A stretch of 59,004 nt of DNA from Candidatus Thorarchaeota archaeon (GTDB taxonomy: Archaea; Asgardarchaeota; Thorarchaeia; Thorarchaeales; Thorarchaeaceae). Made by a program: the position numbers and the translations under genes. Below, one piece after another: positions 38,230 to 47,821 of this stretch. The notes beneath the pieces are model-generated. The model was not told the origin of the DNA. It searched no databases and saw only the letters and a program-made list of their open reading frames with translations. Location of the stretch: NCBI GenBank assembly GCA_004524445.1, contig SDNP01000019.1, forward strand, positions 1 through 59,004, written 5' to 3'. The stretch's first letter is position 1. The number at the start of each line of letters is the position of its first letter.

Positions 38230-41200
38230 TCAAATTAGCTCGTCTGAAATCGTCTGTAGAAGCGATAGTTCCTCAACCGATTCAGGGTCTATCAGGAACC
38301 AAGTAGTTGAAATGTGCTCATCACCAGGCATAAGCTGACGATTTGAATCGATACTACCTGTCAATATCAAATCTCCTGCGGCCACGAATAGCAGCTCTGC
38401 ATCATCAAATGGCGCTGCAATTCCCAAGCCTTCTTTTCCCTCTTCAACGGCCGTATTCTCAATTAATATATAATTAGAAGAAGGCATAACTGATATCGGA
38501 TAGTTGGCTAATCTGAATCTCTGCGGAATACCTTCCCAATCTGTATGTGCATTAATAGCAGACACTTCACCATCAAAAGCGGGATCAACCATAAAGGCCG
38601 GTCGCAGATTTATTGGAGCATTCGTAGTATTCTTGATAATCCATCTAGCGGCAATCAAGGGCGAAGATGGTGCCGTTAGATACTGGAGCCTGAATTGAAC
38701 TCCATGCAACGGTTCTTGGATCTTACCGACCCAGTTGAATTCTACTCCGCACCAAATGCCAGACCTCACAACTTCCCCTGTCATTAGCTCTTTGTTGGTT
38801 TCTGCATTCGATAGTTCTTCTCCCAATTCACTGTCCCATACAATAGGCTGAATTCCACCGTGATAATTATCGAAAAATGCTCCGGGTTTTGGACCGCCCT
38901 CCGGAAAGGTCGAAAATAGAAGCTGGGTTCCTCGCTTGTTTCTCAGCGAGTACATGCACCCGCCGTATTTGTGTGAGAGCCGGAAATCAATCAGGCCATT
39001 GATAACCTCAAAGGAGGAAATGCCTTCATCCTCAATCTCTTCCACCTTCACTTCCTCATCGGATTCGCCGGTTTGGATAATGAAAAAGTCCTTTCTATAT
39101 GTGGTGGCTGCCTGCAGGGTAATGGTTCCCTTATGAATACTAAATTTGTCACCTATCTCGCTGGTTGGAGTCAAATGAGCAATGAATTTTCGATTCTCTT
39201 CAAGATTTATGTCTCCAAGGTGATTCGATTGTTGGTTCTTATTCTCATCCGTAACAAGGGTGACGGTCCATCCTGGTGGTGGTTCAATCATAACATCTGC
39301 AGAAATAGGAGCAGTAATTAATTTCTCAATTTCAAACTGAATTTTGCACTCCTGCTTCTGACATATCACAGACGGGTTGGTCGCGATGTCAACCATTCCT
39401 GTAGTTTTTTGAGCGCGTTTATCACCAAATATGGTGGTGGAACTCCTCTTCACTTTTTCCATCCATAGTTGTTGGATTTGCTGCCAACTATTTGCATTCG
39501 TCTTCAACCAGTATCTAGATGCTCTCTTGGTTTCTCCCGGAGCAACTGGAGTCAAAGGATATTGGATATGGAACATCTGATCGCTTCCCAATCTGATTTC
39601 ATCAAGAGCTCCAAGATCAAACACCTGTCCCTTTGTCATACCTCTTTTCTTGGCTGCTATCCATCCTTCATTGAATGCACTCGGGGAACTAGGAACAGAT
39701 GGATGGGTAAAAAGACCATGCAGTAACGGCTGCTTGACAATTCTGTCACCCAGGGGCACGATAATCTCACCAGGAGATAGAGAGATTCCCTGACCTCCTC
39801 CATAGACGCGCAACTGAAAATCATGATTGACTTTGCCGGTATTCTTCGTCCAAACCTCGTGTCTGATTATTCCGGAGTTTCTTTCGAAGTGAACACAGTC
39901 ATCAATCATTAGGGGGCGTTCAGGATGCCTTCCTCGCATCCTTACTGTTATTCCATCCTGTTCCTCCTCTATGGAATATTCGCGTTCTGCGTATCTGAAT
40001 GAATCAATGCCAAATGGCGGTCCTATCTGAGACCGAGCTCGGTACAAGCTCTCTCGGGTATAGATATCCCTTATATCAAGGTTTGCTCCCTCAATGCCGA
40101 ATGTGGCCTGATAATTCATCCCGTTTACAATGATATCCCTCTTTCTCTTATCTTCGAAGACGGTAACATCACCGCTTTCGCTGCAGAAGATAGGAATCCT
40201 GAAAGCTCTTGTTTCAACTCTTTCTTGTTCAGTCTCTGAGATGTTCAGCATCTCTATTTTCGCATTCAGATGAAAAGATCCTGCTTTTGCATCAGCAGCA
40301 GCATTCACTTCAGCAATGGCGCCAGATATGCCTTTGTTGGGAATCCTCATCTCGACTTGTTCGGGGTGGACAGATAATGAACTGTCGGACGTTTCGAGAA
40401 TAAGATTCGCATGGATTTCTTCCGCTATTGAACTCATGACAATCAGGGGAACTTCAACAGAACCCCCAGGTAGAACCCGTGAATGCGGCCATCTATCTTG
40501 TACATCCGCAATTGGCTTGATGACCATACCAGTGTGCAGTTCCATCCTCATTTCACCATCCATCTTGAGTTGAGCCACAATCTTGGGAGTGCGTCTGTTT
40601 TTTCTATGGATTGGAGCTGTGGAATCAACATTAAATGGAACAGACCATTCCTTGACTTCGCCAGGTTCAACCTCCAAGTCTGTGGAAGCTCTCTCACCAA
40701 ATGACAACGCTCCAAAAGCACTCAACTGAACATTAATCGATTTTCTTTCTGAAGTATCATTATGAATTTCAAGATTGTAGTTTCTTGGAATTCCACAGAG
40801 GACATTATGGTCAGTGATACTGGATGTGATGGAGATTCTTTGCCCACCGATTTTACGACCTATTGAGAATACTCCTCGGGCATATCTGTCAATCTTTACA
40901 GTTAGCGTATCTTCTCCTCTCTGGAAATTGTATTCGTATACATCCATATTCCTATGCTTCATTCTATCAGGCGTTTGCTTTATCTCTCGCTGGAGCCACT
41001 CATACCATTCATTCTCACTCATGCCCTCAAAGAATGGCTTGCAAAGGGGATGCTCCAGAATACCAGGGATATAGTCCTCCATGTGCACTCCTTCTCCTTC
41101 TGGATTCCACATGAGTCCAACTTTCTTGTAGAGAGGCACGGCGCGCATGTTACCAGCCCAAGTATTGAGGTCCACTCTCTCATAACCCTTAGACCGCACT

Positions 41201-41535
41201 ATCTCTATTGCGCGAAGTAATAGCTTCTTGCCAACCTTTTTTCCGAGTGCCTCTGGACTGACACCTAAGACTCCGATATAGGCAGCGTCGCTATCTCGCC
41301 AATGCTCGTGCACTGTGCACGAACCAACCGGCTTTGAATCGCTCTTCTTCACAGCTATCAGAATATCGATAGCACTCATTTTGTCATACCTGTCTCTGAC
41401 CCTCTGACCGTCGAAGGGGACACCCTGCGTAAACCCGCCAATCCAAAGATCATCCCAGCTGTTGTACATAGCTGCAAGATCATCTGCCATTTGGGGGTCA
41501 TAACTTACAATCTCTACATCCAGTTCCTCTGCCAT
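38230..41535 (-). CDS. large GNAT-family acetyltransferase with ~900-aa C-terminal extension
   Basis: YIGVLGVSPEALGKKVGKKLL (acetyl-CoA motif A), TWAGNMRAVPLYKKVG; start probably MAEELD at 41535 (track 41616). Confidence 0.8.
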   Translation of the reverse strand: MAEELDVEIVSYDPQMADDLAAMYNSWDDLWIGGFTQGVPFDGQRVRDRYDKMSAIDILIAVKKSDSKPVGSCTVHEHWRDSDAAYIGVLGVSPEALGKKVGKKLLLRAIEIVRSKGYERVDLNTWAGNMRAVPLYKKVGLMWNPEGEGVHMEDYIPGILEHPLCKPFFEGMSENEWYEWLQREIKQTPDRMKHRNMDVYEYNFQRGEDTLTVKIDRYARGVFSIGRKIGGQRISITSSITDHNVLCGIPRNYNLEIHNDTSERKSINVQLSAFGALSFGERASTDLEVEPGEVKEWSVPFNVDSTAPIHRKNRRTPKIVAQLKMDGEMRMELHTGMVIKPIADVQDRWPHSRVLPGGSVEVPLIVMSSIAEEIHANLILETSDSSLSVHPEQVEMRIPNKGISGAIAEVNAAADAKAGSFHLNAKIEMLNISETEQERVETRAFRIPIFCSESGDVTVFEDKRKRDIIVNGMNYQATFGIEGANLDIRDIYTRESLYRARSQIGPPFGIDSFRYAEREYSIEEEQDGITVRMRGRHPERPLMIDDCVHFERNSGIIRHEVWTKNTGKVNHDFQLRVYGGGQGISLSPGEIIVPLGDRIVKQPLLHGLFTHPSVPSSPSAFNEGWIAAKKRGMTKGQVFDLGALDEIRLGSDQMFHIQYPLTPVAPGETKRASRYWLKTNANSWQQIQQLWMEKVKRSSTTIFGDKRAQKTTGMVDIATNPSVICQKQECKIQFEIEKLITAPISADVMIEPPPGWTVTLVTDENKNQQSNHLGDINLEENRKFIAHLTPTSEIGDKFSIHKGTITLQAATTYRKDFFIIQTGESDEEVKVEEIEDEGISSFEVINGLIDFRLSHKYGGCMYSLRNKRGTQLLFSTFPEGGPKPGAFFDNYHGGIQPIVWDSELGEELSNAETNKELMTGEVVRSGIWCGVEFNWVGKIQEPLHGVQFRLQYLTAPSSPLIAARWIIKNTTNAPINLRPAFMVDPAFDGEVSAINAHTDWEGIPQRFRLANYPISVMPSSNYILIENTAVEEGKEGLGIAAPFDDAELLFVAAGDLILTGSIDSNRQLMPGDEHISTTWFLIDPESVEELSLLQTISDELI

Positions 41536-41816
41536 CGATTGCGGCTCCATTTCTTGTGTTTTCACCAGAGTTGTTCTTTCTGATAAACTTGCTATGCGAA
41601 GCAAGATTGTGGTCACTTGATATTACCTTTCTGAGAAATTGTGACCATTCTATGACAACACCGTGCTCTTGCAGTTAGTAAATGACATTAGTGAATGGGT
41701 ACTTTCTACTGCTTCTTCGACTGACATAGCCCAAATGACTTTAGTATAGAAGAGTACACTACTAATGAAATACTGATTCATTTGGCAGCAGAATCATTGA
41801 TGATGAGAGTAGCTCT

Positions 41817-42725
41817 ATGAAAATTGATGGACAGAATATTGACATATCAAATCGTGAAAAGGTATTCTTTCCGGACTCGGGTTTTACGAAAGGTGATGTA
41901 ATAGATTATTACATGAGCGTCGCAGACAACATATTGCCTCACCTGAAGAATCATGGAATAAGCATGCAGCGGTTTCCAGATGGCCTTGCCGGAGAGGGGT
42001 TTTACAATAAAGATGCACCCGATTATTTTCCAGATTGGCTTGAAACCATCGAATTCCCGAAAGAGGACGAGGGCTCGTTCAATGCGCCGGTGGTTCAGAG
42101 TAAGGCGGCACTAGCATATCTTGTAAATCAAGCGGTCTTGACTCCACATCTCTACTTATCGCGCATCGATGACTTGCAGTTTCCAGATAGACTTGTGTTT
42201 GATTTAGATCCTCCGAAAGATACAAAGGAATTCGATGCGGTGCGAGATGCGGCTCTAGACATACGAGATATTCTTGAAGAATTGGATCTCAAGGGATGGA
42301 TTCAGACAACTGGCTCAATGGGTTTTCACATTCATGTTCCAATTCTTCGTGAATTCGAATTCGATGAAGTCCGACAATTTGCTCGTGACGTAGCTTTCTT
42401 CGTAACAAGCAAACATGAAGAGAGGTACACTATCAAACAACGCGAGGAGAAACGCAACGGGCGTATCTTCATTGATTATTTCCGTAATTCATATGGAGCC
42501 ACATCTGTTGCGCCATATGCAGTGCGCGCTCGGTCCGGTGCACCTGTTGCAGCCCCAGTCGACTGGACCGAGGTCAAAGAAGCAGCAACACCCCGAGACT
42601 GGAGCATTGAGAATATGCCAAATCGCATGGCCCAGAAAGAAGACCCATGGGCGGATATGGCACGGCATGCACGTTCGATTAAGAAACGACGTCAGAAACT
42701 AACCGATATGCTAGATCAAAAATAA
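41817..42725 (+). CDS. stand-alone LigD polymerase domain (AEP primase-polymerase)
   Basis: SNREKVFFP...TKGD...YY, RFPDG, FDLDPP (DxD), TTGSMGFH, IFIDY.RN..GAT.VAPY..RA...APV..P..W; no ligase or PE domain. Confidence 0.92.
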   Translation: MKIDGQNIDISNREKVFFPDSGFTKGDVIDYYMSVADNILPHLKNHGISMQRFPDGLAGEGFYNKDAPDYFPDWLETIEFPKEDEGSFNAPVVQSKAALAYLVNQAVLTPHLYLSRIDDLQFPDRLVFDLDPPKDTKEFDAVRDAALDIRDILEELDLKGWIQTTGSMGFHIHVPILREFEFDEVRQFARDVAFFVTSKHEERYTIKQREEKRNGRIFIDYFRNSYGATSVAPYAVRARSGAPVAAPVDWTEVKEAATPRDWSIENMPNRMAQKEDPWADMARHARSIKKRRQKLTDMLDQK

Positions 42726-42749
42726 CAAGACATGAAACCCGCCACCACG

Positions 42750-43316
42750 CTAGTCGAAGAATTCAACGCCACCATCAATTGTTGAATATCGCTTCTCTTC
42801 GTCATCATCCACATATTCTGCTGGAGCAATGGTTCCCTCGCGCGCAGAACGAGGCTTTTCAGGGACTATATATGCAACTGAGTCATAGGACTCCAGAGTA
42901 GATGATGTGATATCATTTCTATGCTCATCCTCTATAATCCACGCCCCCTCTTTATCGATTGTGCTGAATTGCCAATCCGATAGAGCTGCCTCTCTGAAAG
43001 TGGTCTTGGGGGAACCCGAGATTACGACTTCCTCACCAGTATGAGAATCGACAATAAGTCGCTTTAGTTTGGAGGGGTCTCTGGATCGTATAGCTGCACC
43101 AGGAACTGGATCATTCACAACGAAACGAGCGCATGCCGTCACTGCAACTAAAATGAGGGAGAAGAATGTCCAATAGAAAGAGAAAATCACAAGGCCAGGC
43201 TGTAACTCTCCGGAAAATACAAACATCGCCAAGATGATAATCACACCATAACCCATGAAGATGATTGCTGCAACGTTCTTTGCTGCTTTTGAGTAAGTTG
43301 ACATTATCATGTTCAC
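42750..43316 (-). CDS. two-TM membrane protein with possible ubiquitin-like domain
   Basis: Two hydrophobic helices, then LIVDSHTGEEVVISGSPKTTFREA...TLESYD. Confidence 0.65.
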   Translation of the reverse strand: MNMIMSTYSKAAKNVAAIIFMGYGVIIILAMFVFSGELQPGLVIFSFYWTFFSLILVAVTACARFVVNDPVPGAAIRSRDPSKLKRLIVDSHTGEEVVISGSPKTTFREAALSDWQFSTIDKEGAWIIEDEHRNDITSSTLESYDSVAYIVPEKPRSAREGTIAPAEYVDDDEEKRYSTIDGGVEFFD

Positions 43317-43502
43317 CTGAACGGGCGTTTGGTTGTTTGTTGGGCTGCTGTTGCATCCATTCTAAATTCATTTTCCGTCTGAGTGCTATTATAGTTTAGT
43401 CCAAACATGACTGATATTTTCCAGAAGCTTTCGGGAACGACACACCTAGGAAATGTATCACAGGTTTTATCAGTGACCCTTTATTATTGTTAAGTAGCGA
43501 TA

Positions 43503-43703
43503 ATGGAGAGACGAACTTTGAGTGAAAAACTAAAGCGATTTGTAAAGGTAATTGACGGAAAACTTGACGCAACATGTGATGGCTGTGGAAAGGTGATGAA
43601 GCCCGGTGGCTATTATCAGCTAGAAGTCGATGGTGATGTCAAGAATTTCCATTCTGAAGAATGCATGGAGAAATGGGAGTCAGAAAACCTACCTGCAACA
43701 TAG
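43503..43703 (+). CDS. small TRASH/YHS-like metal-binding protein
   Basis: CDGCGK...FHSEEC, a variant of CxxC...FCSxxC. Confidence 0.65.
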   Translation: MERRTLSEKLKRFVKVIDGKLDATCDGCGKVMKPGGYYQLEVDGDVKNFHSEECMEKWESENLPAT

Positions 43704-43761
43704 TAAGCCCAAATCTATAGGGATGTCATCGAATTACTTGACATGGCATTTCCCTCTAATC

Positions 43762-43778
43762 TTTTTCTTTTTTTCTTC
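43762..43778 (+). terminator. T-rich archaeal-type terminator candidate
   Basis: TTTTTCTTTTTTTCTTC about 60 nt after the stop at 43703. Confidence 0.35.
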
Positions 43779-43885
43779 TAGTCAACATAGTTTGATTCGC
43801 AAGATGGTAGTCCGTTTCACTTCCGGATAGCGCAAGCCGTAATCTTAATCTTGAATATACAGTTCTCCAAAATCGAGTTGATCAT

Positions 43886-44947
43886 TTGGACCCCCGAGTA
43901 GAAGAACATGCAAGAATTCTCGTTGAATGGAGTACTGAAATAAAACGCAATGATATGGTTGTGATTCGAGCCACCCCAGAATCTCATGATTTGGCTGTTG
44001 CAGTAGCCAAAAAAGCTTCAGAAAAGGGAGCAAAAATTATGACCATATTTCAGAGTGAAGAGCTCGATAGAGCTATCTTCGATGGTGCGGATGATGAAAC
44101 GCTCCAGAAAATGTCTGAACATTACCTGGGCGCTGTCGAAAAGGCCGATGTGTTCATTGGTCTTTCCGCCCCCATGAATACCAAGGCCCTAGCAAACGTA
44201 GACCCAAAGAGATTAGTCATGACACAAAAAGCAAACAAGCCAATATCAGATAGGATTTTGGACAAACGATGGTGCGGTACAGTCCATCCGTGCAAGACTC
44301 TTGCCCAGCAGGCAGGAATGAGTTTGAACGAGTACCAAGACTTTGTGTATGGCGCAACGCTCACTGACTGGGAAGAGGAGAGCAAGAATATGTACCTAAT
44401 CAAAGAGCATCTCGAATCTCACAATGATATCAGGTTCGTCGGCCCAGCAACCGATCTATATGCCAAGACCGAGGGAAGGATTTGGATAGCCTCAGATGGG
44501 AAGCACAATATGCCCAGTGGAGAAGTATTCACAGCACCAATAGAAGATACCGTTGAGGGGTCAATATTCTTTGATATTCCGTTTATGCAGATGGGGAAAG
44601 TAGTTGAAGGCGTTAGACTAGAGTTTGAAAAGGGAGAGGTGGTGGAATACTCTGCTGATAAGAACGAACAAGTCCTGAAGGCGATTCTGGAAACTGATGA
44701 AGGTGCGAAACACTTGGGTGAGATGGCGATTGGCACAAACAGAGGCATCAAGGACTACACCTTGAATATGCTCTTCGATGAAAAAATCGGAGACACGATA
44801 CACTGCGCGTTAGGAAGAGCCTACAAAGATTGCAATGGCACTAACGAGAGCGCAGTTCACGTGGATATGATAAAGACCATGATAGAAGGAGAGATTATCG
44901 CAGGCGACGAGGTAATCTATTCGAAGGGCAAGTTCTTCTTCGAATGA
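43886..44947 (+). CDS. aminopeptidase, M29 family (AmpS/AmpT)
   Basis: MDPR, NMPSGEVFTAP, GEMAIGTN, LFDEKIGDTIHCALGRAY, NESAVHVDM. Confidence 0.93.
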   Translation: MDPRVEEHARILVEWSTEIKRNDMVVIRATPESHDLAVAVAKKASEKGAKIMTIFQSEELDRAIFDGADDETLQKMSEHYLGAVEKADVFIGLSAPMNTKALANVDPKRLVMTQKANKPISDRILDKRWCGTVHPCKTLAQQAGMSLNEYQDFVYGATLTDWEEESKNMYLIKEHLESHNDIRFVGPATDLYAKTEGRIWIASDGKHNMPSGEVFTAPIEDTVEGSIFFDIPFMQMGKVVEGVRLEFEKGEVVEYSADKNEQVLKAILETDEGAKHLGEMAIGTNRGIKDYTLNMLFDEKIGDTIHCALGRAYKDCNGTNESAVHVDMIKTMIEGEIIAGDEVIYSKGKFFFE

Positions 44948-45079
44948 TAAGATTGGAGATTTGATGGGAATGCAAGTTGGGTTCCCATCATCTTCACCTA
45001 CTCCGAGAGATTGGATTCATCACTAGAGTGTTTAATAGGCAGTCTGGTGCACCAGGTTTCGTAGAGGATAGTTGTCCTT

Positions 45080-45490
45080 ATGCCTGAAGATAAGAAGCCA
45101 AACATGACAGGAGTCATGGTAGGGATATTAGTTACTGTAGTAACATTCTTCGGTGGATTTGTGCTCTTTTTCACTCAGGACATATCGCAAATGGGGATTG
45201 CTCAAATACTCCTCTTCGTATTGTTCATTCCATTTGTGGGTGCAATTATCGGAATCACAATTATGATTCGGTCAATGAATATAGACATCTTTGGCGGCGT
45301 GGGCGCCTTTAATGCGAGAATGGGGGTTGGCGAAAGAGTAGTTGAGAAGAGCTATGTCCACGAACCACCTCCATTCTGTTCAAGTTGTGGTGGAAAGCTA
45401 GCATCAGAGGACGTAGACTGGATTGGACCGTTGACCGTTAAGTGCCCATACTGCGGAGCAACGCTTCAAACCCAGAAGAGAGAAGTCTAG
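45080..45490 (+). CDS. two-TM protein with C-terminal zinc ribbon
   Basis: Two hydrophobic helices; CSSCGG...CPYCG. Confidence 0.75.
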   Translation: MPEDKKPNMTGVMVGILVTVVTFFGGFVLFFTQDISQMGIAQILLFVLFIPFVGAIIGITIMIRSMNIDIFGGVGAFNARMGVGERVVEKSYVHEPPPFCSSCGGKLASEDVDWIGPLTVKCPYCGATLQTQKREV

Positions 45491-45574
45491 AATGAGCAGC
45501 ACGATGATTTATAGCCAAATTCCCGTATGATTTCTCTTAGAAAATACAGTCTCCAAATCGTTCGGGGCTCATGA

Positions 45575-46090
45575 ATGATGTTTCTAAATAGAAAGCACTT
45601 TGAAGCAATCTTGATCGCAGCAGTGATTATAGTAGGGGCAATTTCGGTCCAGTGGATAATGCAACCTGAGGAGGATGTATTATTCACATATAGCGAACAG
45701 GATGTATCGCCCTATCCACACTACTACAGTACTGAGATTACAATTGAAGCCAGAGAAGAAAAGGACTCATATCTAAGAGTGTCCTTTGAATATCGTGGAA
45801 TTCCATCGGATATAAACTTCGGGACCACACATGAAGTCTGGAATATTACTCTGGATGACTTCAATAAATACTATGATCCAACAAACGAAACAGCTATGGA
45901 TTTGTTTGAATGGAAACGCGGAAACGGTCGGAGCGGCTCCACAGTTAATCGGATCTACGATTGGCTTTGGGAAGATAATCCGATAGAACCGGGTAATTAC
46001 GTCTTTATCCAGTATTTCGAGATATATGATGAAACAGAGGAAATTGTTGCGGATTCCCTTTCGCTGTATGTTTCGGTTATTTATTTGTGA
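45575..46090 (+). CDS. hypothetical N-terminally anchored extracellular protein
   Basis: One N-terminal TM, acidic beta-rich body, N-x-T sequons. Confidence 0.6.
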   Translation: MMFLNRKHFEAILIAAVIIVGAISVQWIMQPEEDVLFTYSEQDVSPYPHYYSTEITIEAREEKDSYLRVSFEYRGIPSDINFGTTHEVWNITLDDFNKYYDPTNETAMDLFEWKRGNGRSGSTVNRIYDWLWEDNPIEPGNYVFIQYFEIYDETEEIVADSLSLYVSVIYL

Positions 46091-46198
46091 GCAAGCGTCA
46101 AATTCCATAATTAGATATGACATGCGTTAGGCTCCTAGACTGGGATAGTAAGCGTACTCCCCTTACATAATGTGCAATTCTATGGCTTCTGACCATGC

Positions 46199-46909
46199 TT
46201 AAACGAGAAAGACCGCAAGAAGACCTGAGAGAAATATACCATCCCAAGTTCCAGCACCACCGATAGATGCCTCGTCGGTCTGAAGTTCACCCAAATTTGG
46301 AATGTTCAGCAAATCAGCTCCTATGAGAGTTCCAAGAGTCCCTGAAACGTATGCCAGTACGTAGGCATTCAAAGCAGGGCCAAAGAATGCTACAAGAAGG
46401 ACTGCGACTATAGCGGAGATCAATGGGGGCAATAATCCTGGAGTGACAATTCCTACCTCTGGCTTGACACGAGCAATCGACTTCACAATAACGGAAACTA
46501 TGGTAATCCCAAGTAATGCGGGTAGGATACTATCTACATTGGAGATTAACAGATAACCGCTGACTAGTACCGGGATTATTGCACCTCCCAGATTCACATT
46601 GATCTGGGTTTCTCCAGGACAATCGGACGGCACCACACGATACGAGAGCCCGAAAAAAGTAATGTATTCCTGTTCACAACGTTTCTCCTCTGACGCTACC
46701 TTGAACGCAGGGATATTGACCATGCTGCCAATAAGCGATCCGGGTACGATAATCAAAGCAAGCCAAGGAGGAATACCTAGCCTAACAAACGCCGCACCTG
46801 CAATTTGAATGAAGAGAATCGAAACGAAAATGAGAGTAATAATAACAAAGATGGAGAAGCTTTTCTTGCTATGCTGTAATCTGACCCTGCTCATTTTGTG
46901 TTCACTCAA
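46199..46909 (-). CDS. DUF1614-family membrane protein
   Basis: GSMVNIP, VNLGGAIIP, GTLGTLIGADLLN, SIGGAGTWDGIFLSG. Confidence 0.88.
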   Translation of the reverse strand: MSEHKMSRVRLQHSKKSFSIFVIITLIFVSILFIQIAGAAFVRLGIPPWLALIIVPGSLIGSMVNIPAFKVASEEKRCEQEYITFFGLSYRVVPSDCPGETQINVNLGGAIIPVLVSGYLLISNVDSILPALLGITIVSVIVKSIARVKPEVGIVTPGLLPPLISAIVAVLLVAFFGPALNAYVLAYVSGTLGTLIGADLLNIPNLGELQTDEASIGGAGTWDGIFLSGLLAVFLV

Positions 46910-47010
46910 TGGGTCTTTCTACTGACTAATCAATGTTAACTTTATTCCAAACTACGACCAGATGAAAAACAAGATAAAAGAAGTATACAATCGTTAACTA
47001 AGGTGAAGAC

Positions 47011-47649
47011 ATGATATACTTCGATTATGAGGAGGCGCAAGAATACATCCAAGAGATATACAAAGGACAAGATGTTCCAAGAGAGCAGGAATTCATTGAG
47101 AATTCAACCACCCAAGACTTTGATCCAATAATAGAAGATGAAATGGCGCGACTATTCAGACTACTTCTCAGACTAACAAACGCAAAGAAAGTTCTGGAGA
47201 TTGGTACCAGCATTGGGTTCTCAACCACGCATCTTGCTATGGCTGTAAAAGAAAATGGTGGGAAAGTGATATCCTTGGAATTAGATGAGGACGTGGCGAG
47301 GGCCGCCAGGCTAAATTTCGAGAGACTAGGAGTGAGTGAGTCTATCGAGATTGTCATCGGAAATGCGGAGCATACCATCAAGGATTTTGAAGACGAAGCA
47401 TTCGATGTTGTGTTTCAGGATTCCTCCAAAAGGGTTTATCCAAAGATGCTTGATGAATGCCTTCGTGTTTTGAAGAAAGGGGGTCTCTTTCTAATTGATG
47501 ACACATTATTTCCGGTCATAACTCCAAAAGACGAGTGGACCGTTTCAGACGAAGCTATTGATGATTTCAATCGTATGCTTCTGGAAAAGCGCCTGATTAG
47601 TACAATTCTCCCTATTGGAGAAGGATGTACTCTTGCTGTCAAGACTTAG
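47011..47649 (+). CDS. class I SAM-dependent O-methyltransferase (CCoAOMT/YrrM-like)
   Basis: VLEIGTSIGFS, FDVVFQD, LKKGG, LPIGEG. Confidence 0.9.
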   Translation: MIYFDYEEAQEYIQEIYKGQDVPREQEFIENSTTQDFDPIIEDEMARLFRLLLRLTNAKKVLEIGTSIGFSTTHLAMAVKENGGKVISLELDEDVARAARLNFERLGVSESIEIVIGNAEHTIKDFEDEAFDVVFQDSSKRVYPKMLDECLRVLKKGGLFLIDDTLFPVITPKDEWTVSDEAIDDFNRMLLEKRLISTILPIGEGCTLAVKT

Positions 47650-47821
47650 CAGCAGTATATCCTAATTCATGTTTGCCACTCTCTCAGCTACCATAGGTAG
47701 GAAACTGTCATGCTCAGGGCTAGCATGGGATCGCGATTTGGTTTGCATATCTGGCGATAGAAGAAACCTCATCAAGTAGCGTTAAATGAAGCCAATGTAT
47801 ACAACACTGTAGAAGCAAAGG

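Noticed and set aside
41817-42725. AEP as replicase of an integrated virus or plasmid
   Set aside because: Motifs are LigD-type; no integrase, helicase, capsid gene or att repeats seen
32209-46090. Other TGA-ending genes as selenoprotein candidates (stops at 32209, 35155, 36291, 38230, 44947, 46090)
   Set aside because: Proteins look complete at the TGA, which is followed by a nearby stop or a neighbouring gene; no redox motif at the site
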